This document shows positions 12,764-23,600 of a stretch of 64,000 nt of DNA, in pieces (the first letter of the stretch is position 1; each line of letters starts with the position of its first letter). The stretch comes from Aplysia californica (taxonomy: Eukaryota): positions 1,594,861-1,658,860 of the forward strand of contig NW_004797292.1 in the NCBI RefSeq assembly GCF_000002075.1, written 5' to 3'. The notes under the pieces were generated by a model, which worked only from the letters and a program-made list of their open reading frames with translations, ran no database searches and was not told the origin of the DNA. Made by a program: the position numbers and the translations under genes.

Positions 12764-13852
12764 TATTGCATAGTGACAACAGCTTCATCAAGTTTCTCGA
12801 CAGGAATGGTATAGCCCAGTCGTTTAATGCTCCAATAATTTTCCGTTAAAAAGTCTGAAAGAAAGCAAAGATAATTTGAATGCCAAATTGAGTCGATGTG
12901 AATACCGAGATACTTGATGACAAACCCTTGATATTTTCAAATGGGAGCCAAATAACTCAAAAAAGAGTGAAATTTTAAAAATGTAGTCTATTAGTCAGTT
13001 ACCTAGATAATATTGATACCGAGAGGATGAGTAAATAAAATGAATCCGTAAAAGCACAAGTGACGATAAAGTAGCACAAAATCGTACCATTAATGCCGTA
13101 AGTAGCATTATAGTATATAAAAATAATATTATGCCTTTCCAAGTATTATGTAATCGAATAGTGTCTTTAGACAATAGCTGACTGTCTTGGTCGGATTTCT
13201 CTTCCTTACATTTTTTCTGTAGCTTCATGTTTCAGTAAACGTCTACGGTATTCGCAACTACATAATGTCTTATGAGTGGGCAAAACATGAGTTCGTTGGT
13301 TTATGTTGTTGCTTGGTTAAATATTTTATTTTGAAGACTTAGTTTTAAAATTTTCGATTAACATTTTTAAATTAACAATTATTTACATTAAGTGTGTAAA
13401 CGCCAATGGCCTTTGTGAAATCGAGAATTCTGTTGGGATCAAAACAGGAGGATTATTTTTGTTTCAGTTTATACATTTATATCTCCTACGGGTCTCTTGA
13501 CGGCCTTGGCATTTCATTATAGTGCGGTCAAGAATTCGTGGCCCTATTTATCCTCAAATATCTTTTTAACCGAGGAATCAATGTCACCCATATTTTGCAC
13601 AGCTGTTTGTATCTATTTTTCTTAACTTAATCATTTTTTCCCAATACAATTGAAGCTAGATTTTTTTCTTCAGCAGGAGAGTCTAATATGTTCAATAGTT
13701 GAGGAGATATTTGACAATAAGTTTTGACACGAATTTTTGAAAGCACTGTAGTATGTGTCTTATGGTAAAATAGATATAGCATCCGAAGTGCTGCTAATCT
13801 CCCTGCAGGAGGTGCTTATATATTAGGGAGGTACGTCCAATACACAATCTAC

Positions 13853-14530
13853 TTAAGGGGTGGGTGGGGGGTTACACCTGAAGGCTATATTGCTTATCAG
13901 TAGATCAATTTTACCAAATTTCAAACCTATAACAAGCATAGTAAGGAGTCCTAAAGTCCTTTACCAAATTTGAGGAAAAAAGTGTGTTTCCATGGGTACG
14001 GCGGCTATATTGGATTTTGTTGACATGTCTTACGTTTTTTTGCACGCATGTTAGCAAACATCAGAGCTACAAATTTGATTGTTGAAATTTTCCTAAACGG
14101 ATTCGAACATTTTTAAAGAATTTTTTCCTAAGGTAGTATTCAAGTTTGCAAAAAAATCCGTGAAAATCCACACTCCAGACACTATCAACAAAAACTATTC
14201 CATATATTAAAAATTCAACGTTCGCATTTTAGTATTATATCTTCTCTTTATTTTGTGAAAATTTCAGGAAGATTAGATAAAAAGTGGTGTAGTTTTTTTT
14301 TTTTTAATTGAGTAAAACGGCGTTTTGAGAAAACAGCTGAGAAAGAATAATAAAAGATTTACTTTATGAAGAAATAGTGCTGACAATCGCGTCCGGTATG
14401 GAAAGAAATAAGACTTGGGTTTTGCGGTGTTTTTTGCGATGAAGTGGTTATAAGAGAGCCTGAAGAAGCTAAAAATGCCTTCAACTGAAAATCAATAATT
14501 CTGAGCTGAATTGAGATATTAGGCAAGACA
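13853..14530. mobile_element. Non-autonomous DNA element family M2 (inverted relative to 18847-19570)
   Basis: Reverse-complement similarity to 18847-19570, e.g. ccatgggtacggcggctatattg vs caatatggccgccgtatccatgg; starts ttaagggg. Confidence 0.75.
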
Positions 14531-16120
14531 AAAAAAAATGAGAAAGGGTGATTTGGGAGAATTTTCTACGTAGTCCAGTGTCATGATACCAAAGAAAAAG
14601 TGAAGACCTCCTGATGGAGCCTCTTTTGTAAAGTGTTGTTTGTGGACAGGGCGGTCAAACCTACAACTGAACTCCATTTAAAATCATATGTGAAGATTTA
14701 CTCTGTGTTGGAGTTTTGTTTGATGAGGTTTTCATATGCAGTTTTGAATGAGTTTTTTTTTGTCTGTCCTGATTTGTGTTATGAATTCTAAGTTAATTTT
14801 TCAGTTGGTGAGGTTGGGGATAAGGACATACAATTTATGTGGTCACCATGCAAGTACCAGTGTAGACCTATTGTTTTACACGGTCTAACCAATGGTTGCT
14901 TAGAGTTAGAGGCAGGGGCGAAGGCTGACTTGTTTGACAGGGTAATCAAAGTGAGATGGGACCAGATAGGGCCTGGAGATATCACACTCTCACAAGTCAC
15001 AAGAATCTTACTGGCACTGGAGACTGGAGGCGGCAAATCTGAGTTTCGAATTAAAACAAATCCTGAATTCATGTTGTATGCATATTCTACCGCTAAAATA
15101 ATCGGGAAAGTATTTTATTAAATATTTATTCTAACTAACCTTAAATTTAACTTTAGATTAGAACACACGAACACCAAGGAAAGAAGCAGAGATGTCAGTA
15201 CTACAATGGCAGACAGCCGAAACACTTTGGTAGAGCATGCCGATTATTAATTTTTTATTTCACATTTGGCTGTTTTTTGTTTAGCTTTTCGCGGCCAGGA
15301 GCCGGTGTTATAATCGAGGTCACGATCTGATTATAGGACGTTAAAAAGTCGAGAGAAAAAAACAAGAACGCGCAGCAGTCAAGATAATATTAGGAGTTAG
15401 TTCCCCTTACATCTGCTATGTAGACTCGACCAGTGTAATAGTTAGCTTACATAATCAGCGGGTGTGGGTGCTTATAACTGTGGCTCAAAAGGGGTGAACA
15501 GGGTATATGCGACAAATGAAGGTTAAGCATAGTCTATTGTTCATTGGTGATCATGAACGTCTCTTTACATTTAATTTATGAGGTTTACGTCTATGGGTGA
15601 ATTTGACTGCGACAATGTTTCAAAATTAGGAAGGGAAGCAGTGATTATTTGATTATATAGACGCTTCGCCTCTGGTAGAGGGTTTTGTAATCAAACAATA
15701 CTAAATAAGGAACGTACATTTTGGATTACACAAGCGCTAAAAAGCCTTCCCATTTAATACGACTAATCTCTGCGTATCTTTGACTACGTTCGTGATGATT
15801 TTGACAAAACAAATTTTATGCATTCAGTTATAACATTCTAGCGTACGCTTCCCCAAACAACATTATGCAATCCAACTAGTAGTAGCTGATATACTGTCGT
15901 GGTCAGATTTCAATTCCTTATGATGTGGTTAAAGTTTTACTAAAATAAACGGATAAACAGCTAGTAGTACGACAAGTAGAGCTAATTTTAAAAATAAAAT
16001 GCTCACAAAGCTTCGTTTAAGGCTCAATAGATGCTTTTACCTTGATTCTCTCTATATATGTGATATTGTTAATGAAATCAGGTTTGACAAATTTAATACT
16101 TTGTACTTACAGATCCCACG

Positions 16121-16933
16121 ATGAAGCTGCTAATTCTTGGCTCAGCCATCGCGGAGATGGCATCTGCTGTGCCAGTCCCAACGGAAAAAAGAAGAGACCT
16201 CCCCGATTTCGGACCTGCGATTCAGAACTTTATCCAGCAGATCAAGGACGCTTTCCCTCATGGGAATAGCAAGAGGGGTGCCATCGTTGATGCTGCTGAT
16301 AAGATCCAAGAGATCATTGATGGAATCCAACATGCCATTCACCCAGACGACGCTAAGAGAGACCTTCACGATACCGCAGTAGCAATTGAGAATGTAATTG
16401 AGACCATCAAGGATGCTTTGCTTCCCGGAAATAATAAGAGAGGTGCTATCGTTGATGCTGCTGATAAGATCCAAGAGATCATTGATGGAATCCAACATGC
16501 CATTCACCCAGACGACGCTAAGAGGGGTGCCATCGTTGATGCTGCTGATAAGATCCAAGAGATCATTGATGGAATCCAACATGCCATTCACCCAGACGAC
16601 GCTAAGAGGGGTGCCATCGTTGATGCTGCTGATAAGATCCAAGAGATCATTGATGGAATCCAACATGCCATTCACCCAGACGACGCTAAGAGAGACCTTC
16701 ACGATACCGCAGTAGCAATTGAGAATGTAATTGAGACCATCAAGGATGCTTTGCTTCCCGGACAAAAGAGACAGAAACCCGATTTCATTTCTGCTATTGA
16801 AGATATTATCCAGCAGATCAAGGACTCTTTAGCTCCTGGAGATAGCAAGAGGGGTGCCATCGTTGATGCTGCTGACAAGATCCAAGAGATCATTGATGGA
16901 ATCCAGCATGCCATTCACCCAGACCAGGCCTAA
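16121..16933 (+). CDS. Secreted multi-peptide precursor, paralog G1 (270 aa; signal peptide + 9 KR-delimited acidic amphipathic peptides of 3 types)
   Basis: Intact ORF; MKLLILGSAIAEMASA signal-like N-terminus, VPVPTEKRR pro-piece. Five GAIVDAADKIQEIIDGIQHAIHPD(D/Q)A, two DLHDTAVAIENVIETIKDALLPG.., plus DLPDFGPAIQNFIQQIKDAFPHGNS and QKPDFISAIEDIIQQIKDSLAPGDS. Splice acceptor 8 nt before ATG; AATAAA downstream. Confidence 0.92.
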   Translation: MKLLILGSAIAEMASAVPVPTEKRRDLPDFGPAIQNFIQQIKDAFPHGNSKRGAIVDAADKIQEIIDGIQHAIHPDDAKRDLHDTAVAIENVIETIKDALLPGNNKRGAIVDAADKIQEIIDGIQHAIHPDDAKRGAIVDAADKIQEIIDGIQHAIHPDDAKRGAIVDAADKIQEIIDGIQHAIHPDDAKRDLHDTAVAIENVIETIKDALLPGQKRQKPDFISAIEDIIQQIKDSLAPGDSKRGAIVDAADKIQEIIDGIQHAIHPDQA

Positions 16934-17131
16934 TTAATTATACTCGATATACTAACTCAACAGCCTCCCCCTTCTCCCCCCCCCCACCCCCCCCACCCCC
17001 ACAACAACAACAAAAAACAAAAAACAAAACAAAAGAAAACAACAACGACAACCACAAATGAAACCATTATTCAAATCAGTATGCTTACACACATTGGCTT
17101 GTAATTATCTTGAATTCTTTTTACAAGGTGA

Positions 17132-17137
17132 AATAAA
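17132..17137 (+). terminator. Probable polyadenylation signal of gene 1 (AATAAA)
   Basis: ~200 nt after the stop and followed by a T-rich tract; the aligned position in gene 3 reads AATACA (57818-57823). Confidence 0.6.
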
Positions 17138-18846
17138 TTTCTAAAACGGGCATAATGCTTTCTTTAGTATTTTTCTTGTTTTTCACTGTTTCAAAATGAT
17201 TTTTGGCCAGATTTGGTTTGTACTAAAACATTTAAGTCCAGTTCACCATGCTGAACGGAATACATAACCTAAACGGACCGACGGAAATGCTGTGTGAAAA
17301 ACGTTTTCACTCTGGTATCAAANNNNNNNNNNNNNNNNNNNNNNNNNNNNNNNNNNNNNNNNNNNNNNNNNNNNNNNNNNNNNNNNNNNNNNNNNNNNNN
17401 NNNNNNNNNNNNNNNNNNNNNNNNNNNNNNNNNNNNNNNNNNNNNNNNNNNNNNNNNNNNNNNNNNNNNNNNNNNNNNNNNNNNNNNNNNNNNNNNNNNN
17501 NNNNNNNNNNNNNNNNNNNNNNNNNNNNNNNNNNNNNNNNNNNATATAAAAAACAATAAAGAACCGGTATTTAAAGAATTGATTTGAGTAAAATAGTGAA
17601 ATAATATTAAAATAATAAATGGAAAAATATTATTAAAAATCAAAATTTCTAAAAGGACACTACTTGGAATCCGCCGATTGTATGGGATCAGATACTATGT
17701 ATGAATACGTTCAATTAGGTAATTCAATCCATACAATTTGAGGTTATATGTTCAGATCACCATTCTTTTTTTTTCAAGAGGAAAGCAGATGTCTATCCTC
17801 ATTTTGTGTTTGGTCATTCTATTGAGTTACATCTATAAAACCAATCTCCTCGTGGAGTGGAAATATGATGTATAAACTCAACTATTGCATTTTTGTTCTT
17901 TTCGTAGAGGGTCACATGTAGAGACCCATGTTTTAAATCACTTTCAACTTGTAAAGTAGCTTGTTTCTGTTTTGTTTTTTCGACATCATTTCCTCCATAC
18001 TTGAATGAAATGGATTGAGATATTTTCATATATTTCATTCGGATAGAGAGATAGAGAGAGGGGGGAATGTAAAATTATATTGCTTTTATATATTAAAGGT
18101 AATATTTTAAAATAATAGCCATGATAACGATGATAGTAATAACGATAGCCATAACGACGGTGGTAATAATAAAAACAACAATAATAGCACTACCAATAAT
18201 AGAAACAACGATGNNNNNNNNNNNNNNNNNNNNNNNNNNNNNNNNNNNNNNNNNNNNNNNNNNNNNNNNNNNNNNNNNNNNNNNNNNNNNNNNNNNNNNN
18301 NNNNNNNNNNNNNNNNNNNNNNNNNNNNNNNNNNNNNNNNNNNNNNNNNNNNNNNNNNNNNNNNNNNNNNNNNNNNNNNNNNNNAAATAAGCTAGAAAAC
18401 TTAATTTTTTTTAAACGCGGACAGACGAAAGTGAACAAACTAAAGAAATTCGTTAAGTGGAGCATTTGTCAGACTGGTCCTATGGTAGACCGTTAAAGTA
18501 AATAAGAAAAACATCTTGGAAGTCGGTAGATCTGTCTAGTAGACTGGAACAGACTGATCTCTGTTCCCGCTGCTGTTGTCACTGCCTTTATCATTTTTGT
18601 GTAGCGGCCGCAGCAGTCGCTCTTTTCTCTTGCTTTGTTGTTTAATCTAAAGTTTCGTTTCGTTGCTTTGCGAAGTAAAGAAAATTAAATGTTCAGAGAA
18701 GGCAGGTCTCTGGAGAAGGTTAGGAGGGGGTTGGGGTGGTCGATTTAATTCTTACACTGAAAGGAATTCGCGAGCAAGGCGGCTGTCGCTGCTATCAGTT
18801 TTTTCTTCACTTGTGATGTAAAGTCTTACTAATAATGAACATTTAA

Positions 18847-19570
18847 AGGGGGGGGGGGGGGGCTACACCCCCAAAGCCCCGATTCGGCTCAATATTATGG
18901 AATTTGAGTTGTAGGCATTTTTAGCTTCCTCAGTCTCTCCTACAACTATTTCATCGCATAAGAACCCCAAAAAACCGTATTTTTTCCCATACCAGGCATG
19001 TTTATCACCACTATTTCCTCAGAAAGTCAATATTTAATTTTCTTTACCGGCTGTTTTCTCAAAACGCGACTTCTCTCTGTACTTTTTAAAAATAACTCCA
19101 CCATTTTTCATCCAATCTTCATGAAATTTTCACAGAAGGAAGACAAGATATAATTCTAAAAACCTGATTGTTGATTTTTTGATATTTGGAATAGTTTTTT
19201 GTTGGTGGTGTCTTGAGTGTGAATTTTCACGGATTTTTTGCAAACTTGAATGGTACCTCAGAAAAAAAATTCATGAAATTTTTTCAAATTCGTTTAGGAA
19301 AAAAACAACAAATAAATTTTTAGATCTAATGTTTGTGAACACGCATGCAAAAAAACCCAATCAATTTCCATAAGCAGTAAGTGCGGTATTCATGACGTAA
19401 GACATGTCAACAAAATTCAATATGGCCGCCGTATCCATGGAAACGAAACTTTTTTCCTCAAATTTGATTGCGGTTTTTAAGACCTATTACTATGCTTGTT
19501 CTATGTGTGAAATTTGGTAAAATTTGGTGCAGTAATAAGCGAGATAGCCTTCAGGTGTACCCCGCCCCCC
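18847..19570. mobile_element. TTAA-flanked non-autonomous DNA element, family M2 (Kolobok-like); partial third copy ~42886-43250
   Basis: ttaa|agggggg..ctacaccc ... ggtgtacccgcccccc|ttaa; three copies in the window. Confidence 0.75.
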
Positions 19571-19730
19571 TTAAAAAATATTTTGTTTTACAGAAAGGTA
19601 AACGTGTGGGTTCTTTCTTTCGGGGGGGGGGGGGTGTTGCCTTTTTTTTTGTGTGTGTTGCATTTTTTTCCCTGACATATGTTTTTGACTTTTTTTCTCA
19701 TGGTTTAGAGCTAAATTTGACCCATTGGCG

Positions 19731-19765
19731 TCACGACATCACGACCAGAGGGCATATTATATAAA
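19731..19765 (+). promoter_or_regulatory. Gene 2 core promoter: TCACGACA(TCACGAC) + TATA box (TATATAAA 19758-19765)
   Basis: Paralogous to 12541-12574 and 53609-53643. Confidence 0.72.
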
Positions 19766-19787
19766 CCTGAGGATGTACTCAATAAGT

Positions 19788-19851
19788 AGTAACTAATCTT
19801 CAATACCATACTATTCTCCACGCTCCTACGTTCAAGACAGCAGTGTGTGAG
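19788..19851 (+). other. Gene 2 predicted non-coding exon 1 (start approximate); donor GTTAGC at 19852, intron 19852-28429
   Basis: Aligns with gene 1 and gene 3 exon 1 (tattctcc..ttcaagacagcagtgtgtgag|gt); acceptor ttgcAG|attccacaATG at 28428-28440. Confidence 0.65.
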
Positions 19852-20600
19852 GTTAGCTACCTTTCTGTTAGCTTCTACTGACGTCAAGTACCGGTTTCAT
19901 TTTCGTTTTATCGTAGCAATAGCTTAGCTTCATAGAGATTTTAAACAGAAATTGTAACTCAAGCCTGAGGAGCAGCATCCATTTTCCGTCAGATCTGAAA
20001 GAACGTATAAGTTATTTTGAATACCTAACAAATTCTATATTCTTTGTGAAATGCAAAGTACTTAATTGAACCTTTCACGATTTGAAAATGGGGGATATAG
20101 AATACCATGAAGAGTATAATGAGGGGCAAGCTGGAGATGTCACACTTTTAAAGTTATGACAATTTTTTAATTCAAAGTTGTTGTTCTTTAACTTGCTTTA
20201 ATGTAAGTAAAATGTTTTGCCAATCTGTAATTGTCATCCGTTCCACAATATAATATTCAACCATAGTGGGTTCATTTGACTTTAAATACCGGTTCTTTGA
20301 AAGATGTCGTATGAAAAATATAATAATATCCGGTTCTTGTTTTGTTTTGTTTTGAGTTCTTAGCGGTAACAACCTTTGAACCCTTTTCGAACTAGAAGAG
20401 ATTATCATAATTTCGCATCTAAATTGAGGTGAAAGGTATGGAAATTTACAGAAACTGGTATGATCTTACTTTTTTTGGATGATAGTTTAGAAGCTAACGT
20501 AAAAATAATCATAAAATTATATGTGAATGGGGAAACAAAAGGAATCGGGAAAATCACAAATGATGATAGACTAGAACAGAATCCTATAAGGATTTGATTA

Positions 20601-23600
20601 CACTGGTCTACAAAAAAATTCGCGTCCTGCTTAAAACCAGTTGATTTGTACTAATTTGGTAGCGCTGAATTTGAAAATGATACGTGTTTTTTCAGTTTAG
20701 GTGAAATTGTTAAGGTATAGCTTGAGGCTGTTTTTCTTTAGTTTACATCTATCATCTATTTGTGGTGGCCGAATTTTGCTATTCAAAAGGTTTTTATTAA
20801 AAAAGCTGCCTTCATCGACTTGCGGTTTTCGCCAAAAAATTCTTTAAAATATTCTCCAGATCATGACGCCCTTGTTTTTCCGGTTTTGATACAGTTTTGC
20901 TGCAAAAAGCTAAATTTCTTTATATAGCCTTTGCCCTTTATGTAGGCCGACGCTTCTGTCTCTGTAGATTCTAATTTTAGAAAATCCTGTAGTGATATCA
21001 GAGACACTAAAATATAGAGACAGGAAACGAGGCCTCGCAGTCCGTGACAACAGTGCATTTGCGAACGTGACCGCTGAGACGCGAGCTAAAAATAACCAGG
21101 CGCGGTATCGACAGCGAAGCGCGTCGCGTCTAGCCAAAGATAGTACATAACAAGATGGGCCACTTCTCTCTTTGAGCCAATTAAAAAAGTGTCCTCAAAA
21201 TTTGGTGGCGCCCTCTTCACAAAAGCGCACTCTTTGCGAACAGAGTTACCCTACTAGAGTTATAAAAAATCAAAGTGAAACTAGCAAGTTTTGGGATAAA
21301 TTTCGGAAGAACGCTTTTTAAAAATGGTTCCCCTGACAAAAAACCTCTTCCGGAGGAAAGGGTGATGGTTTTCTTCGTTTAATTTGACTTTAGAATGAAA
21401 GGCGAGAGGTAAAAAAAATAAACAAAACCTAAAACTCCGCACTGAACGTACCCGAACTGCTGATGAACAGCAGTCGATCTGCGCACGCAAGGAGGTGCTA
21501 TTCCTATTCTTCTTCTGGAAAAACGAAAGAGAGCTTCAAAACAGACTGCAGCGCCATCTGAAGCAAAGAACATACTTCCTGCGGACACTTTTTTGGCTGA
21601 GTGGCCCATCTTGTTATTTACTATCATTGGTCTAGCCTAGGCCTAGCGAGGCCTAGGCCTTTTGAAACGAAGCGCGTCGCGTCTAGAGGGGCCTAGACCT
21701 AGCTTTCTGCGGCTTAGGCCTAGCGCAATCAGAGAACTGGCCAAGGTTGCATTTGTAAACAATGCCTCTACAATTCTATACTCTTCTGGTCTACAGAAAA
21801 GGTTACACATGTTGATGAAAACAGGACAACAGATTTTAAAATTGAATTCTAGATCTAGGCCTAGTTATAAAATAATGTCGATCTAGCATAAAACCAAAAC
21901 ATGTCTTGATAATATGTAGACCGAAAACTAGATCTAGAATCTACATCTAGATCTAGATTATATCTAGAGACAGTGTCAGTAGTTACATAAGAAAAAAAGT
22001 CATCTAGACTCTAGATCGAGATTCTAGATCTATAGGTTTCCAACATAATAAAAATATGCCTGCCTTAGCCTAAATACACGCATTGATCTAGATATCTAGC
22101 TTACAACATAAGCAGTTTAATTTAAGATAGCCTAATAAAGGTTAATACATTTTTACTTATTTTACTAATTAGTTACACAGCCCTGCATGGAGTCTGTGGG
22201 TAGAGAAGAGTTGGAGAGGAAAAAAAGAGAGCATGCAATAGCATATAGATCTATATGCCTATAGGCAATGGTGAGAAAAGGCAACCGACTCTAGAAATAG
22301 AAAACAGAATTCGTTTTGTGTAGCCTAGGCTAGGCATATGGATAAAAACGGGAATACAAAGCGACAGATCGAACTCACCAGAGGCCTATATATATATATA
22401 TATATATATATGTATGAATACATAAACATGTATAATGCATCTTTCATGGATTAATAGCATTTTACTGAAACTGGCTCTTACAATTAAGTGGGTGAATGTG
22501 ACAGTCTTTCTTAGACTGTTTTGCTGTATGCATTGTCTCTTGCTGATTCTTTTGTATATTATGTCCATACTTCTCTGTCAGGCACATAAATTTGGGACAT
22601 TACAAAATTCAAGGGTGGTCCTGACAGGGTCAAGCTAGCACTTCCTTACTTAATAATAATTGAGTAAGCTTTGTAATTTCTTTGTCTCTTTAATTTTGTT
22701 ACATGTATTCCGTAGTACATTTATTACAGCAGGACATTGTCTTCTTAGATGTCAAGTTTTTTTTTTCTTCCACTTTTAATTTATTCTTCAAAACTCTCAC
22801 ATCACATTGCAGACACTATTAGATCTTTTGTCATGGACAGGACCTGTATCTTTTGGAACTGGCCTGGAGGGAACAATAATTATTTATTTTGGAGGGTTTG
22901 GAACAGTAAACAGCATGGCCACAGCATTCTGCACTAGAATTGTTCAAGATGCAGATTTCCAAAGGCAGTACGTACAGTTCAAATTGCTCAGCGCACAATG
23001 CATTCCCATGGTACACGTATAGGTGACTTATGCTATCTTAAGAACCAAAGTCAGCCTTCCGATAATTCATAACCCATTTTTTTAAACATCAGAAATAAAT
23101 TATAATTTTTTGGTAGGAGTGCAAAAAACTTAGATTGTAACACAGAGTTCTACAGCAGGCCTACTATACAAAAGACCGGTGCTCACAATAAATAATACAC
23201 TGTGGTGGCCCATATTCTCACGTGTGCAGTTAAGATTCTAAATATTGCAAAATTCATAGATCTATACATAGAATATAGGTCTATTCATTTAGTTTCATTT
23301 CATAAAAGAGAAATATAAGTGTTTGATTGATTAGATCTAACAGTTTTTAGTGAGTACATCTACTGGAGATTTTAAAACTATAAAATTTTTGGGATAGAGT
23401 TAAATGACATTCATCCCACATCTAGTTTTCATACAATAAAGTTGAATCTTGCCTGGCATTTTTGGATTGGTTTAATTCTGATGAGAAGCTTGAATTTAAA
23501 AAAAAATTAAATACTAAATGTTTCACTACTCTAGTCAGTTCTGCAGAGGTGGAGTCAAAGCGCCACATAGCCTACAGATGCAGTCTNNNNNNNNNNNNNN

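Noticed and set aside
14788-15121. 94-aa ORFs on both strands within the G1 intron
   Set aside because: Part of the sequence recurs inverted at ~48150-48225, indicating a dispersed repeat; no recognisable domain.
16142-16914. Antisense and alternate-frame repetitive ORFs over the three precursor genes (e.g. 16142-16765 -, 16398-16715 +, 28459-29385 -, 57229-57784)
   Set aside because: Shadows of the 84-bp coding repeat; no signal peptide, splice context or consistent start/stop among paralogs.
16121-16933. Assignment to known neuropeptide families (egg-laying hormone, pedal peptide/orcokinin, RFamides, DH44-like)
   Set aside because: No amidation Gly, no family motif recognised, and a strongly acidic composition; no gene symbol assigned without a database search.
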